A DNA stretch of 64,000 bases from an uncultured Candidatus Bathyarchaeia archaeon (GTDB taxonomy: Archaea > Thermoproteota > Bathyarchaeia > 40CM-2-53-6): the NCBI GenBank assembly GCA_964649235.1, contig CAZYOZ010000001.1:9102-73101 (forward strand), given 5' to 3'. The notes under the pieces were generated by a model, which had not been told where the DNA came from, did no database searches, and saw only the letters and a list, made by a program, of their open reading frames with translations. Below are positions 21,001 to 29,818 of this stretch, piece by piece. Within the stretch, counting starts at the first letter, position 1, and each line of letters begins with the position of its first letter. The position numbers and the translations under genes are program-made.

Positions 21001-21245
21001 ACATACTGGACTACCTGCTGAACGGGAGAATCAATTTGGTCATTAACATACCAACCAGTGGAAACGGAGCAATAGACCAAGCTATTTTGGAAGACGAATA
21101 TGCCATCAGGAGACTAGCCGTTGAGCACAATATTCCAGTTGTGACAACCCCAGAGCTTGCGTCGGCCATCGTTGAGGCCCTACAGTATCTTAGGTTCGAG
21201 GAACTCGAAATACTCGCGCTCAACGACTACGTTCCAACTGGATGA
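18004..21245 (+). CDS. carB: carbamoyl-phosphate synthase large subunit; apparent 1-nt frameshift near the 5' end
   Basis: 1050-aa ORF from TTG 18093 with duplicated ATP-grasp halves and an MGS-like C-terminus. The conserved N-terminus ([34 protein letters not shown]) continues upstream in the same frame without a start. An ATG at 18004 overlaps the carA stop (ATGA) but is in the +1 frame. Confidence 0.9.
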
Positions 21246-21265
21246 TCATCGTCGCCTTCTGCCGA

Positions 21266-22417
21266 TCAAGACGCGTGATTCTGCTTCCACTTCTCCGCCA
21301 TCTCGATTCGTTTGGAGGACGGAGGGTGTGTGTAGAAGAGGAGCTCAACCAAACGTTTCGGCCTGTCCACAGAAAGGTCCATGTCAGCGAGGCGGCGCTC
21401 CGCAGACGCCTGCGCATCCGGATCCTCAGCTGCCTCCAGAGCAAACCAATCAGCCTGCGATTCCATTCTTCGAGAGATCCAGTTCGAAAGCGGTTGCAGA
21501 ACAAAACTCACGGCGATGAAGATTCCGAAGATTATTGGAAAGCCGGCCGGGTTGGCGATCTCCGACGATGCAACACCTCTACTGAACCTCAGAACCCGGT
21601 CTGCAATGAAGAACGGCGGAATCGCGAAGAACCCGGAAACTAGTGCGGACTTCCAAACGTCTTTGTTCACGTAATGGCCCAACTCGTGAGCCACGACCGT
21701 TACCGTTTCTCTCCTGGTGAACTTGTCAACCAGAGTATCGAAGACGACGATGGCTTTGCTGCGCCCGATTCCGGAGAACATCGCGTTCGCCCTTATGGAC
21801 CGCCGGCTCTCGTCGGCTACGAGAACCCTGTCAATGTCCTTTGCTCCGACCTTCCTAACCATAGCAATCAGGCTCTCTTTCAATCCCGTGTCGGAAAGCG
21901 CGGTCACTCTGTAGAAAATGGGCATGATTAGGTATGGCAAAATTATTGATAGCACGATCGAAAAGATCGCGAAGAGAACTGCGGCCGCGAACCACCAAAG
22001 CTCCGTGGCTCGTATGAGATAGTACAAGACAAGCCCAAGAATCACGCCGAACACACCTTCGAGCCCCAATTCCTTCACCGCGTCACTGGCCCAATCCCGC
22101 AGAAGCTGTCGGGAGAGACCAAAGCGGTGGTCCACGACGAAGCCTGAGTAAAATGAGAACGGCAACTCCACGACATGTAGGAAGAGTAGGAAAGAGATGA
22201 CGTATGCCGCGACCGCGGCCCAGTATGAGTCGGTCATCGACATTAGGCTCTGGCTCAGAATCTGAGACGCCCCAGTAAGCAGTAGAAACAGGCAGGCGAG
22301 GAGTGGAACGACGGTTCCTGAGATCAGTTCAAGTACCAACTTGATTCTCTCGTAGCGTTCTGCTAAGACGCGCCTATTCTGGTCGTACTTGTAGGACTCT
22401 TCCTGGCTCTTCTGCAA
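21266..22417 (-). CDS. M48-family zinc metalloprotease (Ste24/HtpX-like), membrane
   Basis: 383 aa. N-terminal TM helices and the HELGH zinc motif (VVAHELGHYV). Confidence 0.8.
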   Translation of the reverse strand: MQKSQEESYKYDQNRRVLAERYERIKLVLELISGTVVPLLACLFLLLTGASQILSQSLMSMTDSYWAAVAAYVISFLLFLHVVELPFSFYSGFVVDHRFGLSRQLLRDWASDAVKELGLEGVFGVILGLVLYYLIRATELWWFAAAVLFAIFSIVLSIILPYLIMPIFYRVTALSDTGLKESLIAMVRKVGAKDIDRVLVADESRRSIRANAMFSGIGRSKAIVVFDTLVDKFTRRETVTVVAHELGHYVNKDVWKSALVSGFFAIPPFFIADRVLRFSRGVASSEIANPAGFPIIFGIFIAVSFVLQPLSNWISRRMESQADWFALEAAEDPDAQASAERRLADMDLSVDRPKRLVELLFYTHPPSSKRIEMAEKWKQNHAS

Positions 22418-22757
22418 TAGGCTTCAGTCCGCCGTCTACATGAATCGGCGGGCTGTGTATGGGTTCGACTACTTAAGCGCAGTAAATTCAGAGAGGGGGA
22501 TGGCGCTGTCTGGGAGCTTCTAGAATGTGCTCGCTTGGACAGGAGCTGCCGGGACTTTTTCCTTTTTCTTCTTTGGCTTGCGAATCATTCTTGGGCTGCC
22601 CAATTTCCGTCATTATACTTTCCATTGACCGCTCATGATAAACACGATTGACATTTACAATGACAAGTTCCTGCCTAAGCCGATGTGTGTCAGATGGTTC
22701 GCCAGTAAGCGTCTGAACTGAGACAAAATTCAGAGATGTTGTGTTGTACGGCCAAAG

Positions 22758-23219
22758 TCACACTGCAGGCACGGCGTATTCGTACTTCTGCTCCGGCTCG
22801 TCAGCAGTCGCGATCCTATACACAATCCTCACTTTGATATCAGGACGTAACATGGCGCGAGCTGAGCAGTATTTCTCTTGGGATAACCTGATCGCTCTCT
22901 CAACAGACTCTTTTCTTATGGCTTTGCCAGAAACCAGGAATTCGAGGTCGATGGTTTCGTAGTAGCGTGGGTCCTCGTCCCTTCGAATGCCCTGAACTGA
23001 TATCACAAGACTCTCAACCTTCTGCCGTTCTTTCTCCAGTATCCAAACAGTATCCATGGCCGTGCAACCGGCCTGTGAAATGAGGAATAGTTCCATCGGT
23101 GTGAATGCTTGCCCCATCTCCTCCGCAGAGTTCAAGACAAGAGTTCTTCCATCGGCTGATTCTCCAGAAAACTTCATTCCCTCAACCCATTTCACTTTGG
23201 CTTTGACCGTGGTGGGCAC
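22758..23219 (-). CDS. OsmC/Ohr-family protein
   Basis: 153 aa. OsmC-like fold signature with conserved Cys pair regions (ISQAGCTAMD ... YCSARAML). Confidence 0.7.
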   Translation of the reverse strand: MPTTVKAKVKWVEGMKFSGESADGRTLVLNSAEEMGQAFTPMELFLISQAGCTAMDTVWILEKERQKVESLVISVQGIRRDEDPRYYETIDLEFLVSGKAIRKESVERAIRLSQEKYCSARAMLRPDIKVRIVYRIATADEPEQKYEYAVPAV

Positions 23220-23225
23220 GGCTAG

Positions 23226-24440
23226 TCACACCTCTGTGGTTTGGACGTTGTGGGTTTTTCCGAAATATGCGTTTAGGAGCCAGTCCCAGTTTCCGGAGAG
23301 TGTTCTCCAGTAGAACTTGGCGAAGGTTTTCTTCATCGCGTACCTGAGTCTCGACGGCTGGATCTCCCTTACAGGCATATCATACGACCCGACCACGAAG
23401 GATGCCCTGCCTGAATCCATCTCAAAGGGGCAGTTTATTCTGCCATTGTACCTGTAGATCTCTCTTCTTCGGCGGACTGCAGAAACTATGTTGTTCGTGG
23501 CTACGATGGCCTCAAGGTGTGCTGTTACGCCAGTCTTCGAGACTGGAATATTCGTTGCGTCGCCGATTGCGTACGCGTTCTCGTAGCCAATAATTCTCAT
23601 CGTGTTTTTGTCGGTCGGAATCCATCCGTCTGCGTCACCTATACCTGACTTGAGTATTACATCTGCACCTCGGTGCGGAGGCACCATAATCAGTAGGTCA
23701 TAAGATATCGAATCGCCTTCCAGTGAGTAGACTTCCCGCTTCTGTGCATCGACTGATTCTACGTTGAAGAAGGTGACGACCTCTATCCCTCGTTTTTCGA
23801 AACGAGGTTCGACAACTCTGGACATCGGTTCTGCGGGGTACGGGCGCGGATAAGGTGTAACGTATATCATTTTCACATCCTGGCGGATTCCTCGCTCCCT
23901 AAAATAGTCGTCCAACAAGAAGGCCGCTTCGTTAGGTGAGGGAGGACATTTGTGTGGAACTCCCGCAATCCCGATGACGACGTGGCCTTTTTCAAAATGC
24001 TGAATTGCGTTCCATACCTTCTTGGATTCGGCAGTGCTTGTATGGAAATTCAAGGCAGATTCATTGAGTCCTGGAATCGCACTGGGGTCAGGTACGCTCC
24101 CCGTTGCGATAATCAGATAATCGTACTTGATTGTTTTACCAGATTCCAGCAGGACTGTTTGGTTTTTCAGGTCAAGTCTGTCCGCGTTCTCCTTGATAAA
24201 ATGCACTTCTCTCCTGACTAGGGAATCCTCCTCGCGTACGATCTCGCGCGCGTTTTGATTCTTGAAGGCAACATGTAGGTACCCAGGTTGAAAGATGTGT
24301 TGCTCTGAGCCGGACACTAGGTACACATTGACATTTCCTGCTGCGATCTCCGCTGCGAGTTGCTTGGCGAGCAGGTTGGCAGAGAGGGTGCCGCCTGTTC
24401 CGCCGCCAACTACAACTATGTTCACTGGAGAATTGCTCAA
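23226..24440 (-). CDS. sqr: sulfide:quinone oxidoreductase-like flavoprotein disulfide reductase
   Basis: 404 aa. N-terminal FAD fold IVVVGGGTGGT, a second dinucleotide fold VVIGIAGV, and the Cys motif HKCPPSP typical of SQR-type enzymes. Confidence 0.7.
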   Translation of the reverse strand: MSNSPVNIVVVGGGTGGTLSANLLAKQLAAEIAAGNVNVYLVSGSEQHIFQPGYLHVAFKNQNAREIVREEDSLVRREVHFIKENADRLDLKNQTVLLESGKTIKYDYLIIATGSVPDPSAIPGLNESALNFHTSTAESKKVWNAIQHFEKGHVVIGIAGVPHKCPPSPNEAAFLLDDYFRERGIRQDVKMIYVTPYPRPYPAEPMSRVVEPRFEKRGIEVVTFFNVESVDAQKREVYSLEGDSISYDLLIMVPPHRGADVILKSGIGDADGWIPTDKNTMRIIGYENAYAIGDATNIPVSKTGVTAHLEAIVATNNIVSAVRRRREIYRYNGRINCPFEMDSGRASFVVGSYDMPVREIQPSRLRYAMKKTFAKFYWRTLSGNWDWLLNAYFGKTHNVQTTEV

Positions 24441-24452
24441 GAATGGTCGGCT

Positions 24453-24716
24453 CTATTGCCTGCCCTTCTTGACCACTCGGACTTGGATACGAACGTGGTC
24501 TTTTTCGTCTACGACTGCGAGGATTTCGTTTCCGCTGCGTTTTGCCCAGGCTCGGGTATCGCTTTTGGCCGCGGGGTCCGTTGCTAGTAGCTCGATGACG
24601 TCGCCAACGTTGGCATTGCGGTAAGCCTTGAACAGGTCAGTGATAGGCCCAGGACACATTGTTCCACGAGAATCGACGACAACAGTAGGTTTGACAATAG
24701 TTTCGCGGGTAGCCAA
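24453..24716 (-). CDS. tusA: TusA-like sulfurtransferase
   Basis: 87 aa with the CPGP active-site motif (DSRGTMCPGPI). Confidence 0.85.
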   Translation of the reverse strand: MATRETIVKPTVVVDSRGTMCPGPITDLFKAYRNANVGDVIELLATDPAAKSDTRAWAKRSGNEILAVVDEKDHVRIQVRVVKKGRQ

Positions 24717-24730
24717 GCTGTGCCAGCCTC

Positions 24731-25228
24731 CTACACGAAGAGAGTGATCGCGTCCTCCGAGGCCAAGTCGAGGTAAGTGGTTGCTCCGATGATGTCGTCA
24801 ACCTCGGGAATCAAATCATCCTTCGTCAGGCCCATCATGTTCATGGACGGCGAGCATGCGTGGAATTTCACGCCGCCTTCCCTTGCTGTCTGTATCATTT
24901 CTCTAATGCTTGGCATCTTCATCTTCTGCATCTTCTTCTTCATCATCGATGTCACCATTGCACTCATTCCAGGAATCATACCGAGAATGTTGGGCATCGG
25001 CAAGGCCGGGTTTCCCACAGGGGAGATCTTCAACGCGTCAACAGTCTTCTTCGTGATCATATTGATCCCCCAGAAAGTGAAGTAGAGATGCACATCCATG
25101 CCCATTGCTGCAGCCGTGGTAGCCAACATCAGAGGCGGATAGGCCATGTCTAGGCTGCCTTTGGAGCAGATGATGACTAGTTTGTTGCGTTTCTGTAGGC
25201 TCACTGGTTTCTCTTCCAAGACTTGCAT
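24731..25228 (-). CDS. DsrE/DsrF-like sulfur-relay family protein
   Basis: 165 aa. DsrE-like alpha/beta layout with conserved Cys (IICSKG; FHACSPS). Adjacent to tusA, as in archaeal dsrE3-tusA modules. Confidence 0.6.
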   Translation of the reverse strand: MQVLEEKPVSLQKRNKLVIICSKGSLDMAYPPLMLATTAAAMGMDVHLYFTFWGINMITKKTVDALKISPVGNPALPMPNILGMIPGMSAMVTSMMKKKMQKMKMPSIREMIQTAREGGVKFHACSPSMNMMGLTKDDLIPEVDDIIGATTYLDLASEDAITLFV

Positions 25229-25242
25229 TTCTTTTTCAACTC

Positions 25243-25590
25243 CTAACGGCGACTGGAGACTGCCGCTAAACGAACCAACTTGGAATCCTCACTCGCTTGG
25301 TCAAGAAGAACTGACTGCATTATGTCGCAGGCATTGTTGATGCGCTCGTCAGATATTTTGTAGAACACTGAGTTTCCCTCGCGTCTCTCTACAACCATCT
25401 TCCGATGCCGCATCAGAGCCAGATGCTGTGAAACATTGGCCTGCTTAAGCCCAGTAACCGAGCATAGTTGCCCAACAGTCATCTCACCCTGCCGCAGCTC
25501 ATGAAGCAGCTGGAGGCGCCTAGGATTGGAGAGTATTTTGCAGATTTCCGACTGCATTTTCAGGATTCGTTGTTTTGTAGGCGACAGCAT
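25243..25590 (-). CDS. ArsR/SmtB-family HTH transcriptional regulator
   Basis: 115 aa. wHTH GQLCSVTGLKQANVSQHLALM. Cys17, Cys43 and Cys88 are present. Confidence 0.8.
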   Translation of the reverse strand: MLSPTKQRILKMQSEICKILSNPRRLQLLHELRQGEMTVGQLCSVTGLKQANVSQHLALMRHRKMVVERREGNSVFYKISDERINNACDIMQSVLLDQASEDSKLVRLAAVSSRR

Positions 25591-25599
25591 TCCCTTCGC

Positions 25600-25636
25600 C
25601 GAATATTCGAAAATCAGAATGTGCCTATATTCTTAC
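25600..25636 (-). promoter_or_regulatory. candidate arsR-operon promoter with palindromic operator
   Basis: Perfect 10-bp palindrome CGAATATTCG at 25600..25609, 10-19 bp upstream of the arsR ATG. A TATA-like AGAATATAGG (minus strand) lies about 20 bp further upstream. Confidence 0.45.
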
Positions 25637-26152
25637 GGTGTCTAGTCTCTATACTAGGATGTAGAGTATGGCCAATTGCTTCGCTGGTGCACGCCGGTTC
25701 AATGGATGTGTATAGAGGCCAAGGCCGCCGGAGATGGCGCAGGGCTTATGCTTACCGGAAGAACGGGTTTCTGGTTCTGGCAGCGACTCTTCCGAAGCTC
25801 GTCCTCGGTCAAGTCCTTGTCCAGTCTTTCCTCCGAATGGAAATCAATCGATGTTCAATAAGGCTGGGTTAGCGCGGGGACTGCACAAGCTTCACGAGGG
25901 CAGCATAGAGGACTGGGATCGCCATGTATATTGGTACCTCGATGATCAGGGTCAGAGTTTTTCGACTAACTAAACCGTAATTAGGCAGAGCAGGTATATC
26001 ATCACCTCCCGACGAGACGCTGATGTGCTTCCGAAGCTTGCGTGTCGGGAGGTTGGATGCATTAGCGGAGCGTTTGTGATAGCTGAAACTTTATTACGGC
26101 GAGTTCTGGTGCATGTAGGGAAAGTTTCGGTAAGGCTCGAATTAAGGGCCAG

Positions 26153-26443
26153 ATGAACCTTTTCTCTGCGGAGAGAATACCTAGCTTGAAGGATAGCGAA
26201 AAGGAGATCCCATACGACATTTTCGAGCATCAATTCGTTCCGAAGCATGAGCTTCTTTCAAAGAAGGATGCAGATGAATTGATGCGCGAGTTTCACATAA
26301 GGCCACATCAACTACCCTACATTCGCCTGAATGACCCAGCGGCCAAGGCGTTGGGCGCAAAGGCCGGTGACATCATTCGCATAACGCGCAAAAGCCCAAC
26401 CGCGGGGGAAGTCATCGTTTACCGATATGTTGTTGAAGGTTAA
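26153..26443 (+). CDS. rpoH: DNA-directed RNA polymerase subunit H (Rpb5 homolog)
   Basis: 96 aa. HxxVPKHELL...DPAAKALGAKAGDIIRITRKSPTAGEVIVYRYVV is the Rpb5 C-terminal signature. Confidence 0.85.
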   Translation: MNLFSAERIPSLKDSEKEIPYDIFEHQFVPKHELLSKKDADELMREFHIRPHQLPYIRLNDPAAKALGAKAGDIIRITRKSPTAGEVIVYRYVVEG

Positions 26444-26452
26444 TGTGATATT

Positions 26453-29400
26453 ATGGCAATAACATCAACTTCTACCGTTAGCCCCCAAGTCTGGGAGCTG
26501 ATTAAACACTTCCTAGAAGAGATAGGCCTCGTCAGGCAGCACGTCGACTCCTATAACGAGTTCATCGAAAGTGGATTGCAGGCGATAGTTGATGAGACGG
26601 GTGAAATTCCCATCGAGATCGAAGACTACCCGCTTAAGATTAAGTTGGGCAAGATTGAGATCGGGACGCCGCGAGTAACCGAAGTAGACGGCTCGGAACG
26701 GCAAATATTCCCGACTGAAGCTAGAATCAGAAACCTCACTTATGCTGCACCACTCCATTTGGAGATGACTCCAGTCATCGGAGAGAGGGAAGGCCAGACC
26801 GAGATAGTCTATCTGGGCGACTTTCCAGTAATGCTTCGCTCAAAGATCTGCCCTCTCTCCCGCATGGCTCCTGACGAGCTGGTGAGTATAGGAGAAGATC
26901 CGCTTGATCCTGGAGGCTACTTCATTGTGAACGGTGCAGAGAGAGTCGTTGTTGCCCTGGAGGACCTGGCCGCCAACAGGATACTGGTTGACGTTGAGCA
27001 GACTGGCGTCCATCCAACCTACAAGGCGAAGATATTCTCAACCACTGTAGGCTTTAGGGCGCGTACCGAAGTCACACTCAAGACTGATGCGGCGATCTAC
27101 GTCACTATGCCCGGCGTGCCTTCGGACATTCCGCTAGTAGTAATGATGAAGGCGCTGGGCTATGAGGAAGATTCCAAGATCGCCGAAATGATTTCCACGG
27201 ATGAAACAATTCAGAACCACCTCGCCTCAACCTTCGAGAAATCAATCGGAGTCGTAACTCAACGCGATGCGCTACTCTACGTTGGTAATCGTCTGGCGCC
27301 GGGACAGGTTGAAGACTACCGACTGAAGAAGGCTGAAACAGCGCTCGACCGGAATTTCCTTCCTCATATAGGGCGCAGCCCGGAGGATAGGAAGGAAAAG
27401 GCTGCTTATCTAGCGGAAGTTGGCTGCCGTGTCATAGAACTGAAGCTGGGAATGCGGAAATCCGACGACAAAGATCACTATGCCAACAAACGTCTCAAGC
27501 TTGCCGGTTCTCTTCTTGCCGAATTATTCCGAATTTCCTTCAGGAATCTTATCCGCGACCTCAAGTACCAGCTCGAACGAATAACAATCCGCCGCCATGC
27601 GGAGCTCTCGATAAGCAACGCCATCCGGCCGGGAATCATCTCAGAAAGGATTCAGCATGCGATAGCGACGGGCAACTGGGTTCGCGGCCGCGTAGGCGTG
27701 ACACAGCTGCTTGATAGGACTAATTTCTCGTCTACGTTGAGTCACTTGCGTAGGCTCCAGTCGCCGCTTAGCAGAAGTCAGCCGAACTTGGAGGCGAGAG
27801 ATCTTCATCCCACGCATTGGGGGCGGCTTTGTCCGAGTGAAACACCCGAAGGCTCAAACTGCGGTCTCGTCAAGAACCTTGCCCTCAGCGCTGTTATCTC
27901 CATAGGGGTTGACGCCCGCGAATTCGTTTCCAAGCTCAGAAGAATGGGGGTAGTTGGCGTTGACGAAGCTGATAGAAAACTGCGCGAAGTGGGCGCCAAA
28001 GTCTTCGTGGATGGCCTAATCGCTGGATACGCGCGGGATGCTGAGAAGCTGGCTGCGGAGCTTGTCAGAATGCGCCGGAATGGTGAGATAAGCTCGGAAG
28101 TTAATGTGGCATATTCACCGCCGCAGTCGGAAGGTGGTCGCGCAGAGCTTTATGTTAACTGCGACGATGGCCGCGTTAGAAGGCCCCTCGTAATAGTAGA
28201 AAACAGCAAACCCCACTTGGCCCGGGAGCATGTTGAAGCCGTCCAGCGCGGGGAGATGCGCTGGCAGGACCTCGTTGAACGCGGCATAATCGAATACCTA
28301 GATGCGGACGAAGAGGAGAACGCGCTTGTTGCCGTGACGCCGAACCGAATCAATGAGCACACAACTCACCTAGAAATCGCGCCATACACCATTCTGGGAA
28401 TCTGCGCGTCGCTGATCCCATACCCAGAACACAACCAGTCACCCCGCAACGCATACGAGTCTGCCATGGCGAAACAAGCACTCGGCGTATTTTCAGTCAA
28501 CTACTCAAATCGCGTGGACTCACGGGCGCACGTGCTTCATTACCCACAGGTTCCAGTGGTCCGAACTAAGCCCATGGATATTATAAGCTACGATAACAGG
28601 CCTGCTGGGCAGAACTGTGTCGTGGCACTCTTATGTTACCAAGGCTACAACATGGAAGATGCGATCATCATAAACAAATCTTCGGTTGACCGAGGCCTCT
28701 TCCGATCAACCTTCTACCGAGTCTATGAGGCTGAATGCAGACAATACCTCGGCGGGCTTCGCGACAAGTTCGAGTTGCCCGAGGCTGGCATACGAGGGTA
28801 CAGGGGCGACAGGTACTACCGGCTTCTGGAAGAGGACGGTGTGATTTCAGTCGAATCAAACGTCACCGGCAACATGGTGCTGATAGGAAGAACGAGCCCT
28901 CCCCGATTCTTAGAGGAATACCGAGAGTTTGAGGTCAAGGGGCCGACCAAGAGAGACTCCTCCGTGGGCATGCGTCCCTCAGAAGAGGGCGTTGTAGATG
29001 CAGTGTTTCTCACGGAATCCATCGAGGGCAACCGTCTGGTCAAGGCCCGAGTCCGGGACTCCCGGATACCGGAACTCGGCGACAAGTTTGCGTCAAGGCA
29101 CGGCCAGAAGGGAGTCATTGGGACGCTGATACCTCAGGAGAACATGCCGTTCACTGAGCAGGGAATTGTGCCTGACGTAATCATCAACCCGCACGCGATC
29201 CCGTCACGAATGACCATTGGGCAATTCGTGGAAGCAGTGGCAGGGAAGGTTGCAAGCCTCCGTGGTGAACCAGTCGATGGGACTGCATTCAGCAACGAGA
29301 GGCCTGAGGTTCTGCGTGAAATGCTGCTTGAACTCGGCTTCCAGCACAGTGGCCGGGAGGTTCTGTACAATGGCGTCGACGGCAAGAGACTCGTGGCGGA

Positions 29401-29815
29401 CGTGTTTGTTGGGGTTGTCTACTACCAGAAGCTACACCACATGGTATCCGACAAGATGCATGCCCGAGCCCGCGGGCAGGTGCAGATGCTTACCCGCCAA
29501 CCAACCGAGGGTCGCGCGAGAGGTGGCGGGCTCAGGTTCGGCGAAATGGAACGAGACTGCCTCATCGGCCATGGAGCGTCAGCACTATTGAGGGATCGGT
29601 TACTCGAAGAGTCAGACAAATATACTGTGATGGTCTGCGAAACATGCGGCCTTCTTGCGTACTACGACGTGAAACAGAACAAGTACATATGCCGCATCGA
29701 TGGAGACAAGGCAGTAATCTCTGGAGTGCAGCTTTCCTACGCGTTCAAACTGCTTCTGCAGGAACTCATGGCGCTTGGCGTTGCGCCCCGCTTGGAAGTC
29801 TCGGAGCGTGCTTGA
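26453..29815 (+). CDS. rpoB: DNA-directed RNA polymerase subunit B, unsplit (B''+B')
   Basis: 1120 aa. A continuous ORF covers both halves of the Rpb2-like subunit (GDKFASRHGQKG..., zinc-ribbon CETCG C-terminus). Confidence 0.97.
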   Translation: MAITSTSTVSPQVWELIKHFLEEIGLVRQHVDSYNEFIESGLQAIVDETGEIPIEIEDYPLKIKLGKIEIGTPRVTEVDGSERQIFPTEARIRNLTYAAPLHLEMTPVIGEREGQTEIVYLGDFPVMLRSKICPLSRMAPDELVSIGEDPLDPGGYFIVNGAERVVVALEDLAANRILVDVEQTGVHPTYKAKIFSTTVGFRARTEVTLKTDAAIYVTMPGVPSDIPLVVMMKALGYEEDSKIAEMISTDETIQNHLASTFEKSIGVVTQRDALLYVGNRLAPGQVEDYRLKKAETALDRNFLPHIGRSPEDRKEKAAYLAEVGCRVIELKLGMRKSDDKDHYANKRLKLAGSLLAELFRISFRNLIRDLKYQLERITIRRHAELSISNAIRPGIISERIQHAIATGNWVRGRVGVTQLLDRTNFSSTLSHLRRLQSPLSRSQPNLEARDLHPTHWGRLCPSETPEGSNCGLVKNLALSAVISIGVDAREFVSKLRRMGVVGVDEADRKLREVGAKVFVDGLIAGYARDAEKLAAELVRMRRNGEISSEVNVAYSPPQSEGGRAELYVNCDDGRVRRPLVIVENSKPHLAREHVEAVQRGEMRWQDLVERGIIEYLDADEEENALVAVTPNRINEHTTHLEIAPYTILGICASLIPYPEHNQSPRNAYESAMAKQALGVFSVNYSNRVDSRAHVLHYPQVPVVRTKPMDIISYDNRPAGQNCVVALLCYQGYNMEDAIIINKSSVDRGLFRSTFYRVYEAECRQYLGGLRDKFELPEAGIRGYRGDRYYRLLEEDGVISVESNVTGNMVLIGRTSPPRFLEEYREFEVKGPTKRDSSVGMRPSEEGVVDAVFLTESIEGNRLVKARVRDSRIPELGDKFASRHGQKGVIGTLIPQENMPFTEQGIVPDVIINPHAIPSRMTIGQFVEAVAGKVASLRGEPVDGTAFSNERPEVLREMLLELGFQHSGREVLYNGVDGKRLVADVFVGVVYYQKLHHMVSDKMHARARGQVQMLTRQPTEGRARGGGLRFGEMERDCLIGHGASALLRDRLLEESDKYTVMVCETCGLLAYYDVKQNKYICRIDGDKAVISGVQLSYAFKLLLQELMALGVAPRLEVSERA

Positions 29816-29818
29816 GAA

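Noticed and set aside
21157-21643. Overlapping plus-strand ORFs (21157..21519, 21242..21643) at the carB end, over the M48 protease gene
   Set aside because: They are antisense to the M48 protease coding region, which has a clear HELGH motif and TM helices. Arg-rich translations.
22418-22757. 340-bp intergenic region scanned for a tRNA or ncRNA
   Set aside because: No cloverleaf-compatible sequence. It holds only a weak 6-bp inverted repeat (TCTGAA-N11-TTCAGA) just downstream of osmC, probably a minor terminator hairpin. Interpreted as osmC 3' region plus M48 promoter.
25734-25973. 79-aa ORF in the arsR-rpoH intergenic region
   Set aside because: No recognisable domain, no obvious RBS or promoter spacing, and an alternative overlapping ORF in another frame. 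Kept only as part of the unexplained-intergenic finding.
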